NCBI GenBank assembly: GCA_037481835.1
Contig: JBBFKW010000003.1
Span: 32,001-96,000, forward strand
Source: Desulfosoma sp.
Lineage (GTDB): Bacteria; Desulfobacterota; Syntrophobacteria; Syntrophobacterales; DSM-9756
Length of the DNA stretch: 64,000 bases
Direction: 5' to 3'
The translations under genes were made by a program, and so were the position numbers. Below, piece by piece: positions 1 through 9,064 of this stretch. The notes beneath the pieces are model-generated. The model was given only the letters and a program-made list of their open reading frames with translations, did no database searches and was not told where the DNA came from. The number at the start of each line of letters is the position of its first letter. Positions within the stretch are counted from its first letter, which is position 1.

Positions 1-336
1 CCGGTTCCCGACCGGGAATCCTTGGAAAGATTGGCGGCTCACGGCGCTACGCTCATTATTTACCTCAGCGTGCAGGTGATTGATGACGTGGTCCGAGCGC
101 TGGGCACCGCCTACGGACCGAAGACTCCCGTGGTGGTGGCCTATCGCGTCGGCTGGCCCGATGAGCGGATCGTGCGGGGGACCCTGGAGGACATCGCTCA
201 GCGGGTCCGCACGGCTGGCATCCGACGCCAAGCGCTCATCATGGTCGGCGACGTGTTTGAACAAACTCGGCGGCCGGTGCGCTCCCGCCTTTACGACGGG
301 TCCTTCGCCCATGGTTTTCGTTCCGCCCGATCCTGA
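1..336 (+). CDS. cbiF: Precorrin-4/cobalt-precorrin-4 C11-methyltransferase, C-terminal part (5' truncated by window edge)
   Basis: ESLxxLAAHGATLIIYLS...TPVVVAYRVGWPDERIVRGTL...ALIMVG...RSRLYD..F.HGFR is the CobM/CbiF C-terminus; upstream of cbiG/cbiH. Confidence 0.88.
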   Translation, partial: PVPDRESLERLAAHGATLIIYLSVQVIDDVVRALGTAYGPKTPVVVAYRVGWPDERIVRGTLEDIAQRVRTAGIRRQALIMVGDVFEQTRRPVRSRLYDGSFAHGFRSARS

Positions 337-1459
337 TCTCCCGCACCCCATCGCGGTCATCTCCGTGACGCGACAAGGGACGGCGCTTGCCTTGAGGCTC
401 ACGGCCGCGCTCCCGAACTGTTCGGCTTATGTTCCGGCTCGGCATGCATTCGCCGTCGCCATGGGCGGAAAACCTTACGATCGGCTTCGCGACCTTTTTG
501 CGCGGCTGTGGCTGGAAAATCGAGCTCTGGTATGCATCATGGCCGCCGGCATCGTCGTTCGGTGTATCGCGCCTTTGATCCGGTCCAAGACCCGGGATCC
601 CGCCGTCGTGGTCGTGGACGAACGAGGGTCATACGCCGTCAGTTTGCTTTCGGGCCATCTCGGAGGCGCCAACCGGCTGGCTCAAATCGTCGCCGACCTT
701 CTGGGAGGCCGGGCGGTGATCACCACGGGGTCCGATGTGTCGCGAAAACCCGCCGTGGACACCATGGCCGCTTCAGCGGGTCTCGTCATGGAAGACATGA
801 CCTGGGCGGCTCGAGTGACAACGGCCGTCTTGGACGACGAACCCTTCTGGGTGTACGATCCCGACGGCCATCTGGCCAACTACCGTGAAAGCCTTCCCAG
901 TGCCCTGTGGATTGCGGATGTGGTGCCGCACCCCGACGAGCATCCTTTGGAGGCCTTGGAGGGCGGTCTTTGGGATGCCGCCGCCCGCGCTGCGGGAATG
1001 GATCTTCGAAAGGTTCCAGGCCTTTGGGTTTCCGAGCGCATAAAACCCGACCCATATCCGGCCGTGGTGCTCCGGCCCCGGTGCCTCACCGTCGGGATCG
1101 GCTGCAATCGAAAGACACCCGCGTGGGAAATCGTCCAAGCGGTGCGCGACGTGTTTTACCGCAATCGGCTGGCCCCGAATTCCATTCGGACTGTGGCCAG
1201 TGTGGATGTCAAAGAGGACGAAGCCGGGCTGCGGGAAGCCGCCCGAAGGCTTGAGGTCCCGATTGTTTTCTTTTCCAGGAAATCCTTGCAGGGGCAGCGG
1301 GTTCCCAATCCGTCGCCCATGGTGCACCGGCACATAGGAGTGTCCAGCGTATGCGAAGCCGCAGCCCTCATGGCGGCCTGGAACGGCCGCTTGATCGTGG
1401 AAAAACAGAAAACCCCCAACGTGACCGTGGCCGTGGCCAAGGACGGCTCTGGATCGTGA
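311..1459 (+). CDS. cbiG: Cobalt-precorrin-5A hydrolase CbiG
   Basis: IMAAGIVVR, KTRDPAVVVVDE, SLLSGHLGGAN, VGIGC, SVCEAAAL motifs; ATG 311 chosen inside ORF 80..1459. Confidence 0.9.
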   Translation: MVFVPPDPDLPHPIAVISVTRQGTALALRLTAALPNCSAYVPARHAFAVAMGGKPYDRLRDLFARLWLENRALVCIMAAGIVVRCIAPLIRSKTRDPAVVVVDERGSYAVSLLSGHLGGANRLAQIVADLLGGRAVITTGSDVSRKPAVDTMAASAGLVMEDMTWAARVTTAVLDDEPFWVYDPDGHLANYRESLPSALWIADVVPHPDEHPLEALEGGLWDAAARAAGMDLRKVPGLWVSERIKPDPYPAVVLRPRCLTVGIGCNRKTPAWEIVQAVRDVFYRNRLAPNSIRTVASVDVKEDEAGLREAARRLEVPIVFFSRKSLQGQRVPNPSPMVHRHIGVSSVCEAAALMAAWNGRLIVEKQKTPNVTVAVAKDGSGS

Positions 1460-2223
1460 GCCTCGGGCCGGGCTCCTCGGAACACCTCACGCCGAGGGCC
1501 GCAGCAGCCCTGAGCGAAGCCGAGGTCGTCGTCGGCTACAAGACCTACGTCGGGCTCGTCTCAGATCTCATTCAGGGAAAGGAAATTCGCTCCAGCGGCA
1601 TGCGAAAGGAAATGGACCGATGCCGGGAAGCTCTGGAGCTGGCCCTGCAAGGCCGACGTGTGGCCTTGGTTTCCGGGGGGGATGCGGGGATTTACGGCAT
1701 GGCGGGCCTCGTGTTCGATCTGTGTCGAGCCCAGGGGGTCGCCGTCCGGGACGGCCGAGGGGATACGGAGGATTGTTCCGAGGCTTTGCCCGTGGAGGTG
1801 ATTCCAGGGGTGGCGGCCTTCAACGCCGCGGCCTCCCTTCTCGGAGCGCCTCTCATGCACGATTTTGCGGCGGTGAGCCTAAGCGATCATCTGACGCCGT
1901 GGGACGTCATCGAAAGGCGCCTGGAAGCGGCGGCCGAGGCCGATTTCGTCATCGCCGTCTACAACCCGCGAAGCGCCACCCGGCCCGACGGCCTGGATCG
2001 CGCCCGTTCCATCCTGCTGCGGCATCGGCCGGGGGACACTCCCGTGGGAGTGGTCCATAAAGCCATGCGGGACGGGCAGCGGCGCCTGCTGACCACCTTG
2101 GCGGGCCTGGACCCGGAAGATGTGGACATGCAGACGGTTCTTCTCGTGGGCAACAGCCGCACCTATGTCTGGAACGGCTGGATGGTCACTCCCCGCGGCT
2201 ACCTGGACAAGTATGGGAGCTAA
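1351..2223 (+). CDS. cbiH: Precorrin-3B C17-methyltransferase CbiH/CobJ
   Basis: SLGPG, VVVGYKTY, SGGDAGIYGMAG, LGAPLMHDF, SLSD.LTPW, YNPRS, VDMQT, TPRGY; true start probably nearer 1440-1456. Confidence 0.9.
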   Translation: MRSRSPHGGLERPLDRGKTENPQRDRGRGQGRLWIVSLGPGSSEHLTPRAAAALSEAEVVVGYKTYVGLVSDLIQGKEIRSSGMRKEMDRCREALELALQGRRVALVSGGDAGIYGMAGLVFDLCRAQGVAVRDGRGDTEDCSEALPVEVIPGVAAFNAAASLLGAPLMHDFAAVSLSDHLTPWDVIERRLEAAAEADFVIAVYNPRSATRPDGLDRARSILLRHRPGDTPVGVVHKAMRDGQRRLLTTLAGLDPEDVDMQTVLLVGNSRTYVWNGWMVTPRGYLDKYGS

Positions 2224-3071
2224 GAAAAACTCGAAGCTTCGGTCTCGACAATGTGCCGAATGGATTCCTCGAGGACTGCCAGCTTCTCGGGGCCCAACTT
2301 GAGGGCTCGAGCGCTTGGTACTGGCGCAAGATCTAAATCGGGCCGCTTGGTCGGTCCCAGTTCCAGCTTGTGGCAGAAGGCGTTGGCCAAATGCACGATC
2401 ACCGTCAGAGCCGGCATGAACTTGGCGGCTCCCGGCCGATGGTGACACCCGATGGCCTCGACGATTTCTTCGGGAAAACGCCATTTTGCCGCAAGCAAGC
2501 GCCCGACCTCGGCATGATCGAAACCAAAGGCATCCTTTTCGAGGGCGGGGAAAGATAAGTCCGGGTCGTTATAAACGTCCTGGATGATGCGGCGCATGGG
2601 TTCGGGATGGTGCGTCAAGAGGATCATCTTGCCCACGTCGTGAAGCAATCCGGCCAGAAAGCATTCTTCCGCCCGTGAAAAGCGCAAGCTGACCGCCAGC
2701 GTTCGAGCCGCCAGGCCGCACCCTACGGCGTGCTCCCACAAGAGTTTTTCCGTAAGGCCGAAAGGGTCGAAAAGATCTCGGGTTATGGACGCAAGCACCA
2801 GGGTTCTCACGGTCTTGAGCCCAATGACCACGACGGCGTCACGAAGCGTGGCGATCGTTCGAGACCGGGCATAGAAAGAGGAATTGGCCAGCTTGAGAAC
2901 CCGCGCCGCCAAGGCGGGATCCCTTGCGAGAACCTTCTGGATTTCGTCAGCGCTGCTGTCCGGTTCAGCAATCTTGCGCAAAGCCTCCGAAGCCACGTGA
3001 GGCATGGGAGGAAGGTCCCCGGTGAGCTGAATCAATGAGTGGAGTTCGGTGGTTGTTGCTGTGGTTTCCAT
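2220..3071 (-). CDS. HDOD domain protein
   Basis: LPPMP, DPALAARVLKLANSSFY, GLLHDVGK, FGFDHAEVG..LAAKWRFP. Confidence 0.88.
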   Translation of the reverse strand: METTATTTELHSLIQLTGDLPPMPHVASEALRKIAEPDSSADEIQKVLARDPALAARVLKLANSSFYARSRTIATLRDAVVVIGLKTVRTLVLASITRDLFDPFGLTEKLLWEHAVGCGLAARTLAVSLRFSRAEECFLAGLLHDVGKMILLTHHPEPMRRIIQDVYNDPDLSFPALEKDAFGFDHAEVGRLLAAKWRFPEEIVEAIGCHHRPGAAKFMPALTVIVHLANAFCHKLELGPTKRPDLDLAPVPSARALKLGPEKLAVLEESIRHIVETEASSFS

Positions 3072-3208
3072 GCGGCATCCTTGCGCTCGTGACGGTTGGC
3101 CCTCCGTATCGTTTTCTTATTCGGCACGGCATTGAAGCCTCTTGAGAGGAAAAAAGCTCAAAGGCGCGGGACCATGGCGCCTGCGTTCATTGCCGCTCTG
3201 CGTAGAGC

Positions 3209-3727
3209 TCAGCGAGGTTTGGAGCGGAGGACGTTATAGCTCAAGACGACCAGATCACGGCCCAGCCTTTGGACGTCTTCGAGAGCCAGGTCCATGGAAA
3301 TTTCCGAAGAAAACAAAGAAATGCCGGTTCCGAAGATTTTGGGCGAGACGGTCACGACGAGGTGATGGACGAGGCCCTCGGCGGCGAAAAGCGAATTGAC
3401 CAAGGCCCCGCCGGCGACGACGGCTTCGGTGTAGCCGAGGGATTCCAGCCAGGTGAGGATGCGCCGGGGCGAATCCGATGTGAAGACCAAGTTCGTCCAA
3501 GGGGAGGTGCGGGAGGCGTCCCGGGTCATCACGACGTTGAGACGCCCGGGGAGGGGCTTGCCGAGCGTGTCGAAGGTCCGCGACCCCATGATGACCACCC
3601 CGGCTTTTCGCGTGCGTTCCGAAAAGAACTTCTTGTCTTCCGGCGGGGTCCAGTCAGGGAAATGGTCGGCGTGTTGCGCGATCTTACCGTCCAGAGTCAT
3701 GGCCATAAGCACGGTCACGTCCATCAA
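3209..3727 (-). CDS. Dihydrofolate reductase / RibD C-terminal family protein
   Basis: AMTLDGKIA, VIMGSRTF, KPLPGRLNVVMTR, AGGA, PKIFGTG. Confidence 0.8.
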   Translation of the reverse strand: MMDVTVLMAMTLDGKIAQHADHFPDWTPPEDKKFFSERTRKAGVVIMGSRTFDTLGKPLPGRLNVVMTRDASRTSPWTNLVFTSDSPRRILTWLESLGYTEAVVAGGALVNSLFAAEGLVHHLVVTVSPKIFGTGISLFSSEISMDLALEDVQRLGRDLVVLSYNVLRSKPR

Positions 3728-3739
3728 GCCCCCCTCCGC

Positions 3740-4870
3740 TCAACGGGATTGAAACAGCGGTGCGTATTGGCCGTAGCCTTCCTTTTCCAGATCTTCGGCG
3801 GGGACGAACCGCAGGGCCGCCGAGTTGATGCAGTAGCGCCGCCCCGTGGGAGGCGGGCCGTCATCAAAGACATGGCCCAGGTGCGAGTCCCCGTGGCGGC
3901 TTCGCACTTCAGTGCGGACCATGAAAAGGGACCTATCGGCCCGTTCCACGATGTTGTCCGGCTCGAGAGGGCGGGTGAAACTGGGCCAGCCCGTTCCGGA
4001 ATCAAACTTGTCAATCGAGCTGAACAAAGGTTCCCCGGACACCACATCCACGTAAATGCCCGGGCGTTTGTTGTCCCAATACTCGTTTTGGAACGGAGGC
4101 TCCGTGCCGTTTTGGCGGGTGACCTTGTACTGCATGGGGGTAAGAATTTTTCGCAGCTCCTCGTCCTTGGGCCTGGAAGTGAAGCGCCGCGACGGATCGT
4201 GCGCCTTGGCGCCGGCGTTATCCTTCCAGACGCTTTTCAGGAAGGCGTCGCGCCCGGAAGTCGCCCGGTAAAAATGGTATCGGACCGGGGATTTTTGGTA
4301 GAAATCTTGATGGTAGTCTTCGGCCTTGTAAAATTTTTCAAGCGGGAGGATTTCCGTCACAATGGGCTTGGAGAACCGTCCCGATTCCTGAAGCTTCTGG
4401 CGGGACGCCTCGGCCAGGCGCTTTTGAGCCTGGTCGTGGTAAAAGATGGCCGTGCGGTATTGGGGCCCTCGATCCACGAATTGCCCGCCCGGGTCCGTGG
4501 GGTCGATGTGCCGCCAGAAAACATCGAGCAGCTGTTCATAGGTCACCTTGGAAGGGTCGTAGACGACCTGCACCGCTTCCACATGCCCGGTGCGTCCCGA
4601 TGAAACGTCTTCGTACCTGGGGTTTTCCACATGGCCTCCGGTGTAGCCCGAGAGGACTTCCAGCACTCCGTCAACCTTTTCAAAATCCGATTCCAGGCAC
4701 CAAAAACATCCGCCGGCGAATGTCGCCGTCTTTCTCTCATGCGTTTCATCCCTCATGGCATCCGCTCCGTAGCCCCAAAGGGCCGATAATAAAAAAATCG
4801 TGATTATCGCCATTGTGACACGCCGAAAAGGTCCTCGTGCCTTCATGAGACCAATTGCCGCCTTGATCAT
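3740..4870 (-). CDS. msrAB: Bifunctional peptide methionine sulfoxide reductase MsrA-MsrB with N-terminal hydrophobic export segment
   Basis: [22 protein letters not shown] (MsrA); [28 protein letters not shown] (MsrB); GGAGG before ATG 4870; start uncertain (4813 possible). Confidence 0.92.
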   Translation of the reverse strand: MIKAAIGLMKARGPFRRVTMAIITIFLLSALWGYGADAMRDETHERKTATFAGGCFWCLESDFEKVDGVLEVLSGYTGGHVENPRYEDVSSGRTGHVEAVQVVYDPSKVTYEQLLDVFWRHIDPTDPGGQFVDRGPQYRTAIFYHDQAQKRLAEASRQKLQESGRFSKPIVTEILPLEKFYKAEDYHQDFYQKSPVRYHFYRATSGRDAFLKSVWKDNAGAKAHDPSRRFTSRPKDEELRKILTPMQYKVTRQNGTEPPFQNEYWDNKRPGIYVDVVSGEPLFSSIDKFDSGTGWPSFTRPLEPDNIVERADRSLFMVRTEVRSRHGDSHLGHVFDDGPPPTGRRYCINSAALRFVPAEDLEKEGYGQYAPLFQSR

Positions 4871-5084
4871 CGCCGCCTCCGTGGATCGCACGTCTTTTCC
4901 GGTCCATCTCATTTGTCCACGGGATTTCATTAATCACGACAGGGCATCCCTGCACGGCCCCAGTCGACGCAGCGGCACCCGCCGACATGGCGGCCAACCA
5001 CGCACGGGGGCGCCGTGGAGGTTTTGCAGGAAAGCAAGGGTTGTTGGGCATCGGTGAGTCGGTGTTGGGGTTCTCTGACTCGGT

Positions 5085-5184
5085 GTTGGGGTTCGCTTCG
5101 CTCACCCCAACCTACGGGTTTACGGAAGGGTTTCCAGCCTCGGAATCTCGAATGGAGGTTGGGATATGCGCAGCGCACCCCAAC
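5085..5184. repeat. Inverted pair of GTAG-type REP-like palindromes (5085-5115 and degenerate 5155-5184)
   Basis: GTTGGGGTTCGCTTCGCTCACCCCAACCTAC and GAGGTTGGGATATGCGCAGCGCACCCCAAC; same unit recurs at 41.7-41.9 kb and 63.1 kb. Confidence 0.8.
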
Positions 5185-5233
5185 ACGAACCGGCAACAAG
5201 CAACCATCGGCCCCAACCGGAACACCGCAATCC

Positions 5234-5266
5234 AAAAAAAAGAGGGCGCCCCAAGGCACCCTCTTT
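5234..5266 (-). terminator. Rho-independent terminator after the hgcA-hgcB-FmdB genes
   Basis: AAAGAGGG(cgcc)ccaa(ggca)CCCTCTTT hairpin with A8 run at 5234-5241 (U-tract on minus strand). Confidence 0.75.
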
Positions 5267-5285
5267 GCGCATGGAACCCGACGGT

Positions 5286-5450
5286 TCAGCTTTTCTTACT
5301 CGTTTGCGCCGTGAAGACGGACATGAGCTGTTTGACCTTGGCGCTCTTGCATTCAGGGCATTGGACCGGGTTTTTCCCATGCTCAGAAATGCTCTGAATA
5401 ATGGTGAATTCCTTTTGGCAGGACTGGCATTGGTATTCGTACGTCGGCAT
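5286..5450 (-). CDS. FmdB-family zinc-ribbon protein
   Basis: MPTYEYQCQSC...CPECKS..VKQLMS; GGAGG SD before ATG 5450. Confidence 0.85.
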   Translation of the reverse strand: MPTYEYQCQSCQKEFTIIQSISEHGKNPVQCPECKSAKVKQLMSVFTAQTSKKS

Positions 5451-5585
5451 GGCGTCCTCCTCTTGGATTGACAAGGAATCGTGTCACGCCTCTCGGCGGA
5501 AAGCGCCCTGGGCGCTTTTCCCTTTATACGTATCATGGCGGGTCGGAGCCGCCAAGATGCCCTTCCGATACTCGTCCGCAAGGCC

Positions 5586-5882
5586 TCAACAACATCCCGA
5601 ATCCAGGCTGCAGCAGCCCTCCCCCGAACGGCCGATCATGGTGTTCAGCACCGCCTGGGCGCACCCGACGCCGGCCTGGACGAAGATGGCGTTCGCCGGG
5701 CAGTTTCGCGCACACGCGCCGCACTCCATGCAGGCGTCCCGATCCACCATGCGCGTCGTCCCGTTTTCCCGGACAAAGACACCATGAGGGCACACAACGG
5801 AACAGAGACCGCAGCTTACGCACTTTTCGGGATCCCATCGGAGCGTCACCACGTCCTTCAAATACACAAAACGGCCGATCAT
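5586..5882 (-). CDS. hgcB: Mercury methylation ferredoxin HgcB
   Basis: Two CxxCxxCxxxCP motifs including CMECGAC, AGVGCA, and C-terminal vicinal CC pairs; directly after hgcA; GGAGGAG SD. Confidence 0.95.
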   Translation of the reverse strand: MIGRFVYLKDVVTLRWDPEKCVSCGLCSVVCPHGVFVRENGTTRMVDRDACMECGACARNCPANAIFVQAGVGCAQAVLNTMIGRSGEGCCSLDSGCC

Positions 5883-5925
5883 GAAAGGCTCCTCCACGGG
5901 GCGAGGCAAGGGACGCAGGTCCCCA

Positions 5926-7086
5926 TCACGCCCCAGCACACAGCGCCCACAGCCACAACCCCACAAGTCCGGCAAAGAGGGCGATTTCCAAGGGTACGGC
6001 CCAACGCATTTCCCGGCGCACGCCGGAAAGGGAAGTGTAGGTCGAGGCTCCCGTAAAGTTCATGGCGAGGAAGGCGGAGACGGCCAAGAGGCCCGAAATC
6101 CAAGAGCCGGCTTCCAGAGGACGGCGAACCGCCGGGTCCAGAAAAGGCCAAAGGATCGCGACGAGAATCCCGCCGGCGAAAAGCCCTTTCGTCGTAAAGG
6201 CCCGGCCGGGAAGCCATGGGAGCAAAAGAGGAGTGAGGACGGCTCCGGCGGCGATTCCCGCCGCAAGAGCGGTCAGGGGACTCCAAGACGCCCTCCATGC
6301 CGCGCTCAGGAAAGGGCCTTTCGAAAGGATCCCGCCGAGGACGAAAAAAGCCACCGCCGCAAGCCCCGCCCATTTGAGGCTGTGGACCAGTTCCACGGGG
6401 ATGAGCGCCATTCGTTCGCGGAAGGGAAATCGTTTGCGCCGCATGGCCTCCGAAGCCTTGTAGCCTTCATCCAAATAGGCGGGAAGGTCTCGAGCGTCCA
6501 CGGGGCCGAAAAGGGCCCGGAATCCCGTTCGAGCCTTGACATGCCGGGCCGCCACGCCGGGGGCCGAAAGCTGAGGCAGGACCACGGTGCCGTGAGAAAC
6601 GATTTCTTTAAGGCGGCAGGCCTGGATGCGGAAAACCACTTCATCCGTGCCGAAGGTGCCTTTGCCCGCAGCGCACCACACATTGATCCCCTTGGTGTCC
6701 ACAACCAGGATCCACGCGTCTCGTCCCGGCAAAGCCGCTCGCAACGCGTCAAAACTCAATTTGTAATTGGCCGTGACCAAGACGGGATCTTTCGGGCCGG
6801 GATTTCCCAAGGCGTACAAGCCGGGATCCACCCTGTAGCGCATCCGCCCGTATCCCCAGCGGACCTTGAAGGCGCCCCATCTATCCCGGGCTGTGAGAGC
6901 GGACGAAACGCGCGGCACGGGGCCGACGGATGTTTCCATGCGGCCGACGACGAAGGGCTGATCCATCCGAGGGGGGCTCACCTGAGCCCGCCTTTTGGGC
7001 GGTCAGCACGAAGATTTCGGCGTCAGCACAGGGCCGCAGCACGGTTGGGCGGTTTGGCGAAGAACATCTGTCGTTCGTGTATCCAT
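5926..7086 (-). CDS. hgcA: Mercury methylation corrinoid protein HgcA, predicted selenoprotein (TGA 7003-7005 = Sec28)
   Basis: VTANYKLSFD, cap-helix GINVWCAAGKG, LPQLSAPGV, C-terminal TM helices, MNFTGASTYTS; frame extends upstream through TGC-TGA to ATG 7086 with AAAGGA SD. Confidence 0.93.
6970..6993 (-). promoter_or_regulatory. Candidate bacterial SECIS hairpin in hgcA
   Basis: mRNA AGG-C-GGGCUC-AGGU-GAGCCC-C-CCU; upper stem begins 13 nt and G-containing loop about 19 nt after the in-frame UGA. Confidence 0.7.
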
Positions 7087-7132
7087 CCGGGGCATCCTTT
7101 CGCGTCGTGGGGAACAGTTTTCACCCAGCCGT

Positions 7133-7162
7133 GAACTAACCCCGGCAAAGGATTTTTGTCAA
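7133..7162 (-). promoter_or_regulatory. Possible sigma70 promoter for hgcA
   Basis: Perfect TTGACA at 7162-7157; only a weak -10 (TTAGTT/TAGTTC) at 17-18 nt spacing. Confidence 0.35.
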
Positions 7163-7206
7163 TCGCCGACGTCTGCCCTAGGATTCCCCCAGGCAGGCGG
7201 ATCCCC

Positions 7207-8469
7207 TCACGGAGGGTTTTCCCGTTCGCAGGCCCTCTTTTCAGCGCCGTCCGGATTGGGAGCAATGCCGAGGAAGGCCAGTGCGGCGCCGGTGGCCAAA
7301 AGGCCCAGGGCCGTGTGGCCGTGCAGGCTGTGGGTGTGCTCCCAGAGCCACGGGCCCGTCAAGGCTCCGGCGACGCGGCCGGCCACAATAAGGCTGTAGT
7401 TGGCCGAAAGCCAGCGGCCTCGCGCGTTGGGGTTGAGTTCCGAAACATAAGGGAAGGAGCTGACCACGGTAAATTCGAAAGAATAAGCGATCCAGCCGAA
7501 CACGGCGATGGAGACGCCGAGAGAGGCCGGCGCGACCATGAGGGCTGCATAGGCCGTGGCCGCGCCCAGAAGCCCTGCGGCAAGAGCGCGTTTCTTGCCC
7601 AATCGATCCACGATCAGAGCGACACTGAGCTCCGCCGCCAATTCCATGAAACCGATCACCGTGGAAAGCAGGCCCAAAGAACCGATGCCGACGTCAAAGC
7701 GCGTTTCCATCCATGCGCCGTAGACGAGCATCAGGCTCTCGTTGGCAAAGAGTGCAAAGAAGGTCACCCCCAAGGCGGGCCAAAGCTTCCGATGGGGCGT
7801 GGAGCGCGAGGCCCTGCGGGCCGCTTGGCCGGGCCCATGCCCCGAATCCGGCCTTCTCATATCCGGGATTTTTCCGGCGCACTCATGCCGCCTTTGGTAA
7901 GGATCGAAGCCCGTCCCGGAACCCTGCGGCGCCGCGGGGAGGCGTGTCGTTGCCAGGAAAAGAGCGATCCCGATCAGTCCCAAGGCCGCATAGGGGACAT
8001 GCCAGCCGTATCGGGCGATGAGAAACCCGCCCAGCGGCATGCCGACGAACCATCCCATGGACCAGGACGATTCCAGCAGCCCCAAGGCCCGGGCTCGTCC
8101 GGCATAGGGGACATGAGCGCTGACGTAAGACTGGACCGCCGGATTGTAGACGGCGTGGGCCAACCCCATGAGGACGAAGCCCGCGAGGACCCACGGGTAG
8201 GTTCGATAAAAACCGATGAATAGACCGCTCAAGGCAAAAAAGGCCAGGCCCGTGAGGAGCCCGACCTTTTCTCCCTTCTTCTCGGAAAGGATGCCGAAGA
8301 CAATGCCGGAAAGGCCGACGAAGGACCGTGCGGCCACCAGAAACCCGGCCTGTTCCATGCCGATCCCCAGACCGCGGGCGATGGTGGGAAGGAAAGGGTA
8401 GGCCAACCGCACCCCGGCATTGAGCCATAGGCGGCTGAAGATGAGAATCCACCATCGGCTCGGCGGCAT
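7207..8469 (-). CDS. MFS transporter
   Basis: About 12 hydrophobic segments, GILSEKKGEK and VDRLGKKR loop motifs, long central loop; ATG 8469 chosen inside ORF 7207..8664. Confidence 0.85.
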   Translation of the reverse strand: MPPSRWWILIFSRLWLNAGVRLAYPFLPTIARGLGIGMEQAGFLVAARSFVGLSGIVFGILSEKKGEKVGLLTGLAFFALSGLFIGFYRTYPWVLAGFVLMGLAHAVYNPAVQSYVSAHVPYAGRARALGLLESSWSMGWFVGMPLGGFLIARYGWHVPYAALGLIGIALFLATTRLPAAPQGSGTGFDPYQRRHECAGKIPDMRRPDSGHGPGQAARRASRSTPHRKLWPALGVTFFALFANESLMLVYGAWMETRFDVGIGSLGLLSTVIGFMELAAELSVALIVDRLGKKRALAAGLLGAATAYAALMVAPASLGVSIAVFGWIAYSFEFTVVSSFPYVSELNPNARGRWLSANYSLIVAGRVAGALTGPWLWEHTHSLHGHTALGLLATGAALAFLGIAPNPDGAEKRACERENPP

Positions 8470-8641
8470 TCCCAAAAGCACCTGAAGGGCCTCCTTGGAG
8501 CTTCGGCATGATAGGCCCGCAAGAGAATACCCCCTGGCGGAGGTGGTCGTAGTCCCGGCGGGCCGCCCAAAGCCCGGGACATTACCAGAAGGCCCTCCCG
8601 TTGTCGCGCAAAAACAGCTCGAGATCCCATGCCGTCGAGCA

Positions 8642-9004
8642 TCAACTCCAATGGGCTTCCGCATTCGGGGCCGTCGAGGGGGTGAGCTCGCCTTTTTGGA
8701 AGCAGGCGATAGCTTCCTTTACGGTACCCGAAACCCCCACGTAAACGGGAATGCCTGCGGCCTGAAGCACCTGGAAAGCCTTGGGACCGCAGTGCCCGGT
8801 GAGGACGGCGTCGGGTTTCTTTCTGGCGATCAAGGATGCCGCCTGCACGCCGGCGCCCTGAGCGGCCTGAAGATTTTGGGTGTTGGAGACGACCTCAAAG
8901 GCCAGGGTTTCCGTGTCCACCAAAAGGAAACACGCAGCCCGGCCGAACCTCGGATCCACCTGGGAATCCAGATCCTTTCCCGTACAGCTCACGGCGACTT
9001 TCAT
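8642..9004 (-). CDS. NifB/NifX-family Mo-Fe cluster-binding protein (orange-protein like)
   Basis: MKVAVS, VDPRFGRA..F, GAGVQAA, LTGHCGPKAF. Confidence 0.88.
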   Translation of the reverse strand: MKVAVSCTGKDLDSQVDPRFGRAACFLLVDTETLAFEVVSNTQNLQAAQGAGVQAASLIARKKPDAVLTGHCGPKAFQVLQAAGIPVYVGVSGTVKEAIACFQKGELTPSTAPNAEAHWS

Positions 9005-9064
9005 CCGCGCTCTCCTTCCAACGGTTTCATCATGTCCAACGGTTTCAGCATGCGGCCGACTCGG

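Noticed and set aside
5586..5588. Sec read-through at the hgcB CC-TGA end
   Set aside because: HgcB normally ends at the vicinal cysteines, and I saw no convincing SECIS-like hairpin at the right distance
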